Assembly: GCA_963798915.1 (NCBI GenBank)
Contig: CAWCVB010000002.1
Span: 704,001 to 768,000 of the forward strand
DNA: 64,000 nucleotides
From: an uncultured Gemmatimonadales bacterium
GTDB lineage: Bacteria > Gemmatimonadota > Gemmatimonadetes > Gemmatimonadales > GWC2-71-9
Direction: 5' to 3'
Positions 10,961 through 21,182 of the stretch are shown one piece after another (the first letter of the stretch is position 1; the number at the start of each line of letters is the position of its first letter). Under the pieces are notes generated by a model that worked only from the letters and a program-made list of their open reading frames with translations, was not told the DNA's origin and searched no databases. The translations under genes were made by a program, and so were the position numbers.

Positions 10961-13201
10961 CTACGCACGCGACGTCCGGCCTTCCCGCCTTCCCGTCTTC
11001 CCGTCTTCCGGCCTTCCCGCCGTATCTCCCGCCTTCCCGTCTCCAAAAACAACCAGCCCAGCCACCCGCACTTCAAACCGCTGAATAGGGCGGGCCGCAG
11101 GCAGGAGCGCCATGGTACGGAGCGCCGCCCGCCCGGAAGACCGCGCCAGGTCCTTGAGCATCAGCGCCTCGCCTGCCGTGCAGCCTCCTGAGGCCAGCTG
11201 CATGACGCTGGACACGATCCCGACGGTGGTGGCGTCGCGATCCGCGACTGCTCGCCGACGGATATGTCGCAGCCGCTCAAGCAGCCCGTTCAGGTGACTC
11301 CGGCGCGTTGTGTCCCAGGCCTGCCCATTGAGGCTCCGGAGGAGTTCAGCGGCGGCGGCGTCCGCCTGCTCGAGGACGGTGCGCGGCAGCACCGCGTCCG
11401 CCGTGCCCGATTGGGGTGCGGCAAGTGCTGCCAGCAGCGGCTCGCGTATCGTCGCAACATCCGCCCGCGCGCCCTGGGACTGAATCCAGAGCAGCCGGCC
11501 GCCCCGCACAACCCGGCCGTGCGAATCGAGGCCGGTAATTTCGAGCCCGACCAGCAATCCCTGCAGCGATGTCTGCGTGAGCCATGCCGCCGCCGGCTGT
11601 CCTTGCCGGAATGCTCCTGATCCGGCCGCGAGCGTGGCCGGCCATCCCGCCAGGGCGGCATTCGCCAGCTGGGCCCGCTCTGGCAGCGTCAATTTTCGCT
11701 CCAGCGTCTCAGCCGATCGGATCAAGCGCTCCAGGCGTGCAGGCGGGTCGAATCGCACCACTCGGACGCGAGGCACCACGCTTCCCAGCCGCGCCGCGCG
11801 GCCAACCCGCTGCGCCAATCGTGCGGGCGTCCAGGGCAAGTCATAGTGCACGACGCGTTCAATACGTTGCAGGTCCAGGCCTTCTGCCGCTACGTCGGTG
11901 CTGATGAGGACCGATGGCACGATGCCCACGCTCTCCGGGCCATACAATTTGAAAATCTCGTGACGGGGCCAGCGGGCCATGCCGATTCCCGCGCCTTCGC
12001 CGCTGCACCAGGCCACCCGGTGATAGCCAATGGCTCGGCGGAGCCAGGCGACTGTCTCGCGTGCCACCGTGAAGACCAGTGTTCGGCGGCCGTCGCCGAG
12101 GAGCGTCAGCAGTCGGCTGGCCTTCGGATCACCACCCGGAGTGAAGGAGGTGAGGCGGCCAAGCAGGGCGCGAACGCGGGTGTGGTCCGAGTCGCAGAGG
12201 AGCACCGGCTCGCCGCCGGCAGCGACCATGGGCCACAGTGCGGTTTGCTCGCCCGTGGCGCCTGCCCAGCGGCGAAGGTCATCACGGCTTACCGCGCAGC
12301 CGAACCGCGCAGCATCGGCATGGTTGGCCAGCAGACATGAATAGCGCCTCAGTGAGGCGAGCAGCGCGGCAGGACTCGAGGCGGCGCTCCGCAGGAGCAC
12401 TCCCTGCACCAGCATTCTGACGCCGCGATCCTGACTGACCGTGAGCCGCCGGACCTCGCGAATGACGCCCGACATGGGTCGGCTGCTCTGGAAGCGAACG
12501 CGAACCAGGTCGGCCACCGGAAGGCCCGGCGTCTCTGGTGACCGTATGACGAGCCTGGCGATGGCCTCGGGAAGCCGGTCCGCCTGCCGAAGCGAGCGAA
12601 GCGAGGGGACACCGTGCACCGCCAGCACGTCGTCGCGGACAACCAGCGCGAGCTGGTGCAGCAGGTCCTCGAGCCGGTTGACGACTGGCGAGCCCGAAAG
12701 AAGGATGACCTGCCGGCCGACCAGGCATCGCGCGACCGTGTCGTATCGTTTGATGTGAGGATTGCGGTACTGATGGCTCTCATCCACGATCACCAGCGGA
12801 TTGAGCCACGGAAGCCGGCCCCGGCTTGCCTGTTCGTGCGTGCCGATATCGATCGCCAATCCTGCCCGGGCCGCCGCCATGGTCCACTGGCCCTGCACGA
12901 CAGCAGGGACCAGACAGGTGACGCGCTGCCGGGCGAGGGCCTTGGCGGCTGCCAGCGCCATCCAGGTCTTGCCGCTGCCGGGTGCCTCGGCAAGCATGGC
13001 TCCGCGATATTGCCTCACCGCGCCAAGGAGTCGGCGCCAGGGGGCCACCTGCGCCGGCCGCAGCCATGACGGCGGCCCATCGTTGGCGAGCACCGGACAA
13101 GCGAGCTGCGCCAGGGACCTCGCGACCGCCCCTGGCGACGCGGGCGCCAGCCTCTGCGCCGGAAGGGGCGCGTCATCGGTCGCCTGCAGCGACTCCGCCA
13201 C
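10961..13201 (-). CDS. SNF2-like superfamily 2 helicase
   Basis: LAEAPGSGKT (Walker A), IVDESHQYRN, LLSGSPVVN, STDVAAEGLDLQ, HYDLPWTPARLAQRVGRAARLG. GTG start 16 bp after the MTase stop is inferred. Confidence 0.85.
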   Translation of the reverse strand: MAESLQATDDAPLPAQRLAPASPGAVARSLAQLACPVLANDGPPSWLRPAQVAPWRRLLGAVRQYRGAMLAEAPGSGKTWMALAAAKALARQRVTCLVPAVVQGQWTMAAARAGLAIDIGTHEQASRGRLPWLNPLVIVDESHQYRNPHIKRYDTVARCLVGRQVILLSGSPVVNRLEDLLHQLALVVRDDVLAVHGVPSLRSLRQADRLPEAIARLVIRSPETPGLPVADLVRVRFQSSRPMSGVIREVRRLTVSQDRGVRMLVQGVLLRSAASSPAALLASLRRYSCLLANHADAARFGCAVSRDDLRRWAGATGEQTALWPMVAAGGEPVLLCDSDHTRVRALLGRLTSFTPGGDPKASRLLTLLGDGRRTLVFTVARETVAWLRRAIGYHRVAWCSGEGAGIGMARWPRHEIFKLYGPESVGIVPSVLISTDVAAEGLDLQRIERVVHYDLPWTPARLAQRVGRAARLGSVVPRVRVVRFDPPARLERLIRSAETLERKLTLPERAQLANAALAGWPATLAAGSGAFRQGQPAAAWLTQTSLQGLLVGLEITGLDSHGRVVRGGRLLWIQSQGARADVATIREPLLAALAAPQSGTADAVLPRTVLEQADAAAAELLRSLNGQAWDTTRRSHLNGLLERLRHIRRRAVADRDATTVGIVSSVMQLASGGCTAGEALMLKDLARSSGRAALRTMALLPAARPIQRFEVRVAGLVVFGDGKAGDTAGRPEDGKTGRREGRTSRA

Positions 13202-13217
13202 GATGAGCGGTACCCCG

Positions 13218-16178
13218 TCAGTGCAGCGCAAGAAGCACCCGGCTGTCGCGCCGGTCGATACCCAGCAGATCGGTGGCAAGCGCGTCCAGATCACCGTCGC
13301 AGGCGGCGCCACCCATGCCGGCACGCGCCAGTTCCACCAGGGCGGGATTGGCACACGCAGCGATGGGAAACGGGACACGCCCCACCACGGTCGCGTTGAA
13401 GCGGCGGAACCCGCCCGAGGCCTCGCTGCTGGCCGCGCGGGCAATGGCCCGCACCAGCGGCGTGTTCAGCCATGCCACGACGGCCAGGAGTGCTTCGCGT
13501 GTCGGCATGCTCGCCAGGTAGCAGCTGTTGAGCGGCACCGCACGCCGGAGCGCCCCGATCAGGGGCGTTGCCACCAGCGCCCGGGCCAGGTCGGGCCAAG
13601 CGGCGCGGTGCGGATCCAGCGCGCCGCGAGTTCGGAACAACTGCCAGAGCGGTTGTGCCGCATCGTGATCACGACGCGCAAGCAGTGAGCGGCGATGGCG
13701 CTCGATCCAATTCGCCGCGCCGGGTGGAAGCCCGGGCAACGCCTGGCCGGCGTCGTCGCAGGGCCAGAGTAGCGTGTGCCGGGACGAAGCGACAAACGGG
13801 CGCAGGTCGCGACCGCGCAGGAGCGGGCGCACCAGTTCCGGTTCCACGCCGTCAGGATCGATGAACGCACGGTCGGCGCCGGTCTTCACTCCAAGCCGGC
13901 AGCGGTATCGCTGGCCCAGCAGCGGGTGGGTGCGGGCGAGCGCATCGATGATGGCCGGCAGATGGCCGCCCCGCAGGACCCAGGGTCCTTCCCGGTAGAG
14001 CTGGAGCGGCGTTCCGCCCCCGCAGGGTTCCAAGGTCGAGCGGACCAGCGCCGCGGGGGATGCCGATCGCCGGGTTGCGACGAGGGCCATGGGATACACG
14101 GTGGCCGCGAAACGCACTTCAGGCTCAGCGCCCAGTGGCACGATTGCATGCAGTGTGGTGCGGCGAGCAAGAAGGCCCCGAATCGCGGTGGCATAGCCGG
14201 CGGTCGCGATCTTTGATGGCAGCAGTAGTGTCACCGCTCCGCCGGGTTTGGTCAGCTCCACGGCCCGCTCGAGGAAGGCAACGGCGAGGTCGGGCTGGTG
14301 CCGGTATCCCGCTGTGCCCCCGGCGCACCACGAGCGGTAGCGCCGAGCGAGCATTGCCCTGTGCCGGGGGGAAAGCTGTTCCGCCCTGACCCAGGGCGGA
14401 TTGCCGATCACCAGGTCAAACCCGCCATCAGCCATGACATCGCCGAAGTGACCCGCAAAACTGAACCAGGGAAGCTCGCCATCCCGCGCGGCACGCCGCC
14501 GGCTCGCGCGCAGGCGGTGCAGTTCGCGCCGAAGGCGGCGCAAGGAGCTGCGATCTTCGCGCGAAAGGCGCCCGGCTACCTCGAAGAGCGCCGGCGCACG
14601 CGCAGCATCAACCAGTTCCCGGATCCGCAGCGTGACGCGCTCCTCGGCCATGGCGATCGATGCCACCGCGGCTTCGAGCTCAAGTTGTCGCAGCTCGTGA
14701 TGCACCCGCCGCTTTTCCGCGTCTGACACCTGGACGAGGTGCTCTCGCACGACGCGCAGTCGTGTTGCGAGAGGCGAGGGAGGTAGCCCGAGTTCCGCCG
14801 GCTCGAGGAGCGTGTCGCCCTGCCGGACGAGGCAATCGAGGTTGGGCAGGGGCCCCACCGCATCCGGCCTGCCCTCGGGTTCTTCCGCAACCACCGCCAG
14901 CCACAGGCGCAGTTCGGCCAGCCGTACGGCCATGGGATCGAGGTCCACGCCGTAGAGATTGCGCGCGAGCACGCGGCGGCGCGCCGCGGGTGAAGGCTCG
15001 CCCCTGAGGGTGCGCAAGGCGGCGAGGCGCTCCAGTGCACCAAGGAGGAACGCGCCCGAGCCGCATGCCGGATCGAGTATGCGGATGCCGAGCGCGTGGC
15101 GCATCATTGCAGGATCCCGGGCATCCAGGCGGCCGAGTGCCTCCGCATCGGGCAGACCTGAGTCCGCCGCCAGCACTGCTGCGAGACCGGCATCTACCAT
15201 TCGGCGGACCAGGGCGGACGGCGTGTAGAAGGTGCCCGATGCTTTCCGCCTCTCCGGTGTCATGAGACCCTCGAAGGCCCGGCCGAGCATGTCGGGGGCA
15301 ATCGTGCTGACGTCGTCGGTACCTTCGCGTACGGTGAAGTGGTAGCGTTCGAAGAGCTGGTCAAACGCGTCACGCCAGACGGGATTGGGAAGGCGGAAAC
15401 GGTGACTGCGCTCGAGCTGATGCGGCTCGAAGAGCCCGCCGTTCAGGAAGGGAATCTGTCCGAAGCCCCGGGCGGCGCTGCTGCGTCGGTGGTTGGGACG
15501 ATTCAGGGCGCCAAAAAAGAGCGGCTGGATGAGGTGTCGGTGCACATTCCGTCGGTGGCCAAGGCACCGGTCCAGTTCCTCCCGAAGAAAGGAACGGCGC
15601 CCGTCCAGCCATCCCTTGCTCTCGATGAAGTAGAGAAACAGGAGGCGGGTGAGCTGCACGAGTGCCAGCGTACGGCGGTCCGCCGGGCCGATCGTCGGTG
15701 GCAGCGCGCCAGCAAACCGGTCGATCGCGGATCTCAAGTCACGGAAGAATGCGGTGCCGGCTTCGGTGCCCCTGAGTGCCGCATGCACTCGATCCGGATA
15801 CCAGATATCGGCGGACACTGCCGCCAACCGCTCGAGGCACGCGACATGCACAGGCGCCGGAGAATCCAGCGGCACGACCAGATGATGCGGGCCGCTCGCA
15901 ATCGCAAGTCGCCGCGCTTCGGGGTAGAATCCTAGGACTCCGGCAACGCGACCCTCAGCGGCCAGGCGCCTGGCCAGTCCCCGCACGGCGGCCGGTGGCG
16001 CGCCTGCGGCCTCGAGCGCAAGCCAGGTGAAGTCCGCCGCGTGGCCGGCGATGGCCAGGCGGCGGCAGCCCGGCGGCGGCGGAATTTCGACCCAGCACGG
16101 CACCGCGCCAAGCGCGCCTGCCATGGCTGGCAGGTCGGTGACCGAGGCAACGCGCCGTAACAGCTCCGGCAATCGCAC
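13218..16178 (-). CDS. large N6-adenine DNA methyltransferase (Eco57I/TaqI-like, type IIG architecture)
   Basis: IPFLNGGLFE, SGTFYTP, ILDPACGSGAFL (motif I), LYGVDLD, FDLVIGNPPW (motif IV), C-terminal TaqI-like TRD (GVKTGAD...PLLRGRDL). Confidence 0.9.
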   Translation of the reverse strand: MRLPELLRRVASVTDLPAMAGALGAVPCWVEIPPPPGCRRLAIAGHAADFTWLALEAAGAPPAAVRGLARRLAAEGRVAGVLGFYPEARRLAIASGPHHLVVPLDSPAPVHVACLERLAAVSADIWYPDRVHAALRGTEAGTAFFRDLRSAIDRFAGALPPTIGPADRRTLALVQLTRLLFLYFIESKGWLDGRRSFLREELDRCLGHRRNVHRHLIQPLFFGALNRPNHRRSSAARGFGQIPFLNGGLFEPHQLERSHRFRLPNPVWRDAFDQLFERYHFTVREGTDDVSTIAPDMLGRAFEGLMTPERRKASGTFYTPSALVRRMVDAGLAAVLAADSGLPDAEALGRLDARDPAMMRHALGIRILDPACGSGAFLLGALERLAALRTLRGEPSPAARRRVLARNLYGVDLDPMAVRLAELRLWLAVVAEEPEGRPDAVGPLPNLDCLVRQGDTLLEPAELGLPPSPLATRLRVVREHLVQVSDAEKRRVHHELRQLELEAAVASIAMAEERVTLRIRELVDAARAPALFEVAGRLSREDRSSLRRLRRELHRLRASRRRAARDGELPWFSFAGHFGDVMADGGFDLVIGNPPWVRAEQLSPRHRAMLARRYRSWCAGGTAGYRHQPDLAVAFLERAVELTKPGGAVTLLLPSKIATAGYATAIRGLLARRTTLHAIVPLGAEPEVRFAATVYPMALVATRRSASPAALVRSTLEPCGGGTPLQLYREGPWVLRGGHLPAIIDALARTHPLLGQRYRCRLGVKTGADRAFIDPDGVEPELVRPLLRGRDLRPFVASSRHTLLWPCDDAGQALPGLPPGAANWIERHRRSLLARRDHDAAQPLWQLFRTRGALDPHRAAWPDLARALVATPLIGALRRAVPLNSCYLASMPTREALLAVVAWLNTPLVRAIARAASSEASGGFRRFNATVVGRVPFPIAACANPALVELARAGMGGAACDGDLDALATDLLGIDRRDSRVLLALH

Positions 16179-16266
16179 AGGAAGTCGCTCCGTCAGGTGA
16201 CGGGCGCAGAATGCGGCCGGAACCGGATCCGAGTATCACCCTTGCGACGCAGGAGGTAGCCGGACG

Positions 16267-18381
16267 ATGCAGATCGAGGCGGACGGCCCTCAGCGGCGGC
16301 AGCGCCGCGCGCCCCATCTGGTCCTTACGCCCGGCCGGATTGCGACCGGGTACCTCGTCGCCGCGATGGCCTGGATCCTCTTCAGCGACCGCGCGGCGAT
16401 CCTGGCAGCGCACGGCAGTCCCGCACTGCTCTCCCACATTCAATCCATCAAGGGGCTGGTGTTCATCGCCGGCACCGCGGCGCTCCTCTACGCGCTCATG
16501 CGGGCGGCGCGTCGCGAGCTGATGGCGAGCGAGGCACGGCATCGCGAAATGTTCGAGTTGTCGGGCGCCGTCTGCCTTCTCATCGACGTGTCCAGCGGCC
16601 GCATCGTGGAAGCTAATCCCGCCGCCTCGACCTTCTACGGCTGGTCCCGCGAGCAGCTGCTGGCGCGCCGCATCCAGGATATCAATACGCTCCCTTCGGA
16701 GCGCGTCACCGACCTGCTGAGTGTCGCGAACCGGCCGGGCGGTGAGCACTTCATGTTCCAACATCGCACCGCGCACGGCGAGGTCCGCGATGTCGAAGTC
16801 CACACCGGCCCGGTCGTGGTGGATGGCCGCCCGATGCTCTTCTCCATCATCCACGACATGACCGCCCGCGTGGCGGCGGAGCGTGCCCTCGAGGAGAGCG
16901 AGGAGCGCTACCGGACGCTGCTGGCCGAGGCGCCTGATGGATTCTTCGTGGCGCGTCCCGATGGCCGTCTGGTCGACGTCAACCCTGCCGCCTGCGTCAT
17001 GCTCGGCTACGATCGCGCCGAGCTCCTGGCGCTCCGGGTGCAGGCGCTGGTCGATCCCGCCGATTTCGAACGGCAGGCCGGCCACTGGCCCGACCTCGAG
17101 GACGGCCGGCACGTGATCGAGGAGCGGCACCTTCGGCGCAAGGATGGGACGCTCATTCCAGTGGAGGTCTCCGCCCGGCGTCGCGATGATGGCCTGCTTC
17201 AGACGCTGGCACGCGACATCAGCACGCGCCGGACACTGGAGGAGCAGTTGCGGCAGGCGCAGAAGATGGAGGCCGTGGGCCAGCTCACTGGCGGCATCGC
17301 CCACGACCTGAACAACGTGCTTGGTGTGGTGATCGCCAACGCGGACCTGATCCGCCATGCGCTCAAGCCGGGCCAGGATGAGGCGCGCGGGGACCTGGAT
17401 GAAATCCGGCGTGCAGCGCACCGGGGCGCGGAGATGATCCGGAAGTTGCTGGGCTTCAGCCGGCAGTCGGCGCTGGAACTCACCCCGGTGGACCTGGGTG
17501 GCAGCGTTTCGGAGATCATGAGCACGCTGCGGCGCCTGCTGCCGAGCGATATCAGGGTGGAGCTGGAGGGAGCGGTGGCAGGCATCGCTGTTCGCGCCGA
17601 TCGCGGGGCTCTTGAGCAGATCCTCGTCAACCTGGCCACCAACGCCCGCGACGCGATGCCGGATGGCGGCCAGCTCCAGATCTGCATCTCGCGCGAACTG
17701 AAAGGCCCCGATGGCGAGATGGCGTGCGTCACCGTTGCCGACACGGGGCATGGGATGAATCGGGAAGTACGAAACCGGGTCTTCGAGCCATTTTTCACCA
17801 CCAAGCCGCCCGATCGGGGATCGGGGCTTGGCATGGCGATGGTCTATGGCCTGGTGCGACAGATGGCGGGGACGATACAGCTGGACAGTGTGCCGGGCCG
17901 TGGCACCACCATCCGGCTCTGCTTTCCGGCGCTGCCGATGGCCGCCAAGCCGAACGACTTGCGGACCGGGGCGGATGCGCTGCCGCACGGCGATGAATTG
18001 ATCCTGGTGGTGGAGGACGAGGTTTCCCTGCGGGCGGCGACGGCCCGCATTCTTCGGCGGCTCGGCTATTCAGTGCTGACCGCGGGCGACGGCGAGGAGG
18101 CCCTGGACATCTTCCGACTTCAGCACGAGCACATACAACTGGTCATTTCCGACATCGTCATGCCACGCAAGAGCGGACTGGCGCTGTATGACGCGCTGCG
18201 GTCAGGCGGCTCCAACGTGCCCTTCCTCCTCTCCAGCGGGTATGCCGGCCAGATGCACCAGCGCGCCGAAGGTCCCGGAGCGCCGCCAATGCTCAGAAAG
18301 CCATGGTCGACCGAGGAACTCGCCCTGAAGGTTCGGGAAATGCTGGACCAGGCACCAAGCGCTCAGACGGTTGAACCATAG
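16267..18381 (+). CDS. membrane-anchored PAS-PAS hybrid sensor histidine kinase with receiver domain
   Basis: AGGAGG RBS, 2 TM, two PAS/PAC, H-box GGIAHDLNN, N-box NARDAM, DTGHGM, FFTTK, GSGLG, REC domain (VEDE, SDIVMP, KP). Confidence 0.95.
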   Translation: MQIEADGPQRRQRRAPHLVLTPGRIATGYLVAAMAWILFSDRAAILAAHGSPALLSHIQSIKGLVFIAGTAALLYALMRAARRELMASEARHREMFELSGAVCLLIDVSSGRIVEANPAASTFYGWSREQLLARRIQDINTLPSERVTDLLSVANRPGGEHFMFQHRTAHGEVRDVEVHTGPVVVDGRPMLFSIIHDMTARVAAERALEESEERYRTLLAEAPDGFFVARPDGRLVDVNPAACVMLGYDRAELLALRVQALVDPADFERQAGHWPDLEDGRHVIEERHLRRKDGTLIPVEVSARRRDDGLLQTLARDISTRRTLEEQLRQAQKMEAVGQLTGGIAHDLNNVLGVVIANADLIRHALKPGQDEARGDLDEIRRAAHRGAEMIRKLLGFSRQSALELTPVDLGGSVSEIMSTLRRLLPSDIRVELEGAVAGIAVRADRGALEQILVNLATNARDAMPDGGQLQICISRELKGPDGEMACVTVADTGHGMNREVRNRVFEPFFTTKPPDRGSGLGMAMVYGLVRQMAGTIQLDSVPGRGTTIRLCFPALPMAAKPNDLRTGADALPHGDELILVVEDEVSLRAATARILRRLGYSVLTAGDGEEALDIFRLQHEHIQLVISDIVMPRKSGLALYDALRSGGSNVPFLLSSGYAGQMHQRAEGPGAPPMLRKPWSTEELALKVREMLDQAPSAQTVEP

Positions 18382-19505
18382 GTTCGTCCCTTCCACTCCA
18401 CCCGGCGTCCGCCACGCCAGATGGATCGCATCACAATTCCCAGCGCCACCGCTCCACCCACCGGTGCCAGCAACCCGTACCAGGCGGGAATCCGCATGGT
18501 GGCAGAGACGGCCGCCCAGTAGAGCAGTCCCGCGCCGGCGGCGATCGCGGCTGGCGCCACGAGGGCGGGCCATGCGCCAACCAGCGCGGCCGCCAGAGCC
18601 AGCACCGGAACCATCCAGAACCCGATGGCAAGGAGCAGCGCCGGCGCCACCAGTGCGCGCAGCAGCGGCTCATCCGCAAAGGACTGGCGGCCGCCAAGGT
18701 AGATGTTTTTCGACCAGCCCTCGATCAGGTGTGCGAGATCGTGGTACATCCGGGTTTCCATGAGCGAGCGTGCAAACGCAAACCAGATGCGCCGGCCCGA
18801 GGCATGGGCCCGCTGCGCCAGCTCGAGATCCTCGGCCACCGCGTGCCGAACCGCCTCGTGCGTGCCCACGGCTTCGTAGTCCTCGCGCCGCATGAGGATG
18901 AACTGGCCATTCGCGATCAGGTCGCGCGGGTTGCGGGCCCGATTCACCATGTCAGGATGAAACCGGAAGCCCAGCAATGCCCAGATCTGGGGCATCACGA
19001 CCCGCTCCCAGAAGGTCACGCAGCGAAGGTGCGGCGCCACGGTAATCAGCTCGCCCTTGCCCGCCTCGAGCGCTCCCAGCGCGTGCGGAAGCAGCATCGG
19101 CTGGTGACGGGTGTCGGCGTCGGTGAAGAGCAGTATCGCTCCACGGGATTCGCGGTAGCCCTGCAGGCATGCCCATGGCTTGCCGTACCAGCCGGGTGGG
19201 AGCGGGGCCCCGTGGACGAGTCGAGTGGCAACGGTCGACCCGAGTTGCGCCACCACGTCTGCGGTGCCGTCAGTGGACCGGTCATCCACCACAATCACTT
19301 CCACATTCCGATACGCGGAGCCAAGGACCGACGTGACGGCCGTTGCGATCGTGCGGGATTCGTTGCGGGCAGGAATGATGACGCTGACCAGCGGTCCTGT
19401 GAGGGCGGGCGCCACATCTTCCAGGCGGGGGCGGACCCGCAGCAGGCGCACGAGCATGCCGCACGCCGCCAGCCATGGCAGCGCAAGGAGCAGCGTCCAG
19501 GTCAC
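18363..19505 (-). CDS. glycosyltransferase family 2 (CrtQ/HpnB-like, membrane associated)
   Basis: IIPARNE, VDDRSTDGT, PPGWYGKPWAC, FTDAD, AEDL, EGWSKN. Confidence 0.9.
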   Translation of the reverse strand: MTWTLLLALPWLAACGMLVRLLRVRPRLEDVAPALTGPLVSVIIPARNESRTIATAVTSVLGSAYRNVEVIVVDDRSTDGTADVVAQLGSTVATRLVHGAPLPPGWYGKPWACLQGYRESRGAILLFTDADTRHQPMLLPHALGALEAGKGELITVAPHLRCVTFWERVVMPQIWALLGFRFHPDMVNRARNPRDLIANGQFILMRREDYEAVGTHEAVRHAVAEDLELAQRAHASGRRIWFAFARSLMETRMYHDLAHLIEGWSKNIYLGGRQSFADEPLLRALVAPALLLAIGFWMVPVLALAAALVGAWPALVAPAAIAAGAGLLYWAAVSATMRIPAWYGLLAPVGGAVALGIVMRSIWRGGRRVEWKGRTYGSTV

Positions 19506-19516
19506 CCCAGGGTCCG

Positions 19517-20074
19517 TCAGCGCGATCCGCTGATGGAGGCGAGCTCGCCCTCGAGAGTCCTCAGCCAGCGCTCGGCGTCGTCCGGCTCGCCGTGGCCGTT
19601 CTGCACGGGTACGCCATTGCGTCCCAGCATGGTGGCGACCAGTGCGTCAGTGTAGCCCACGACCGCCGAGGCGATGCCGTGATCCAGCACCCGGTTGAGC
19701 CGGAGCAGGATCGCCATGCCCTGGCGGGCGCGCATTGCAGCAACCACGGGAGCCAGGCGACGGGTGAGAATATCGCGGAGATGCAGCAGCTCCTCGACTA
19801 CTTCGCCGGCCGACAGGCCGCGAATGGATGCGTTGCGACCATATTGTTCACAGGCCCGGCGCCACATCGGTCGCGCTTCGCGACGCAGCGGGCCAATCAT
19901 CTGAGCAAGAATATCAACCAGCAGCCGCAACTCCCGTTCGACCGTGGAACGCGGTATCGTGGGGGCGGCAGTGATGCGATCGCCGAGCCGGCCAGCCCAT
20001 TCAGCGACGAGATCGTCGCGGGAATCCATGATCAGGCGGCCAGCAGCGAGCAACGCGGGTGGCGAGGCGCGCAC
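19517..20074 (-). CDS. hypothetical all-helical protein (RsbRD N-terminal / globin-like sensor fold?)
   Basis: ORF of 185 aa directly upstream of GT2; pattern EW...YG..R..GL..GEVVEEL resembles RsbRD_N. Confidence 0.65.
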   Translation of the reverse strand: MRASPPALLAAGRLIMDSRDDLVAEWAGRLGDRITAAPTIPRSTVERELRLLVDILAQMIGPLRREARPMWRRACEQYGRNASIRGLSAGEVVEELLHLRDILTRRLAPVVAAMRARQGMAILLRLNRVLDHGIASAVVGYTDALVATMLGRNGVPVQNGHGEPDDAERWLRTLEGELASISGSR

Positions 20075-20135
20075 AGCCGTACTCCTTCACGCTGATTTGA
20101 GCGAAAAAACCTTCGGAAGCTATAAGGAATGAGCC

Positions 20136-21104
20136 ATGGGGTCAAAGATCACTGTCCGGCCTCCACGGCTCCGGCCCGGCATCCGAGTGGCGCTCGTGGC
20201 GCCCGCCGGCCCTTTGCCTGAACTCGATGATCTGACCCGCGCTGCCGAACTCTGCCGGGCCCTCGGCTGGGAGCCCCTGGTCGCGCCACACGCCGGCGCC
20301 CAGCATGGGTACCTCGCCGGCACGGACGCCGAGCGACTCGGCGATCTCAACGACGCGCTGGCCGACACCACCGTGGGCGCCATCTGGTGCATTCGCGGCG
20401 GGTATGGCCTGACCCGCATTCTTGCCGGCGTGGACTACACCGCCGCCCGCAGTCATCCCAAGGTGGTGCTCGGCTTCAGCGATGTCACTGCGCTGCTGCT
20501 GGCCCTGCACCAGCAGGCAGGGCTCATCACTTTTCATGGACCGCTTGCCTTCCATTCCATGTCGGCGTTCACCCGGGCGCATCTGGAATCAGTGGTGACC
20601 GCGCCGGCGCCGGCCGGAGGCCTGCGGCCACCCGATCCGCCAGCCGGTCTGCTGGTGCCGCAGGCCGAGCGGATCATCTCGCTCGTGGGCGGTATGGCCG
20701 AAGGGCCGCTGGTCGGCGGGAACCTGTCCCTGCTCCAGTGCCTCATCGGGACGCCGTTTCTCCCCGCGCTTGATGGCGCCATCCTCTTTCTCGAGGATGT
20801 CGGCGAGGAACTCTATCGGATTGACCGGATCCTTTCGCATCTCCGGCTCGCCGGCCTGCTTCAGCGAGTGGCCGGGGTGGCGCTGGGCCGGTTCACCGAG
20901 ATGAATCGGCGGGGAAGCGAAGCCGCCACCGGTCTCGATCGCGTGCTCAGCGATTATCTCCTTCCGTTGCGGATCCCGGTCGTCATGGGCCTTCCCATCG
21001 GTCACGTCACCGACCAATGGACGCTGCCCATCGGCGCGCGTGCGCGGCTGGACGGGAATGCGGGGACGCTCGAGCTGCTCGAGGCGGCGGTGAGTGGGGA
21101 GTAG
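20136..21104 (+). CDS. ldcA: LD-carboxypeptidase (peptidase S66)
   Basis: RGGYG, GFSDVT (Ser), LFLEDVGE (Glu), IGH (His). Confidence 0.93.
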   Translation: MGSKITVRPPRLRPGIRVALVAPAGPLPELDDLTRAAELCRALGWEPLVAPHAGAQHGYLAGTDAERLGDLNDALADTTVGAIWCIRGGYGLTRILAGVDYTAARSHPKVVLGFSDVTALLLALHQQAGLITFHGPLAFHSMSAFTRAHLESVVTAPAPAGGLRPPDPPAGLLVPQAERIISLVGGMAEGPLVGGNLSLLQCLIGTPFLPALDGAILFLEDVGEELYRIDRILSHLRLAGLLQRVAGVALGRFTEMNRRGSEAATGLDRVLSDYLLPLRIPVVMGLPIGHVTDQWTLPIGARARLDGNAGTLELLEAAVSGE

Positions 21105-21182
21105 GGATCAGGGAGCGGGGGTCAGGGGCCAGGGGAACCCTCCGTTCCCAGTCCTTGACCCCGAGCCGCCAGCCCTGGTCCC

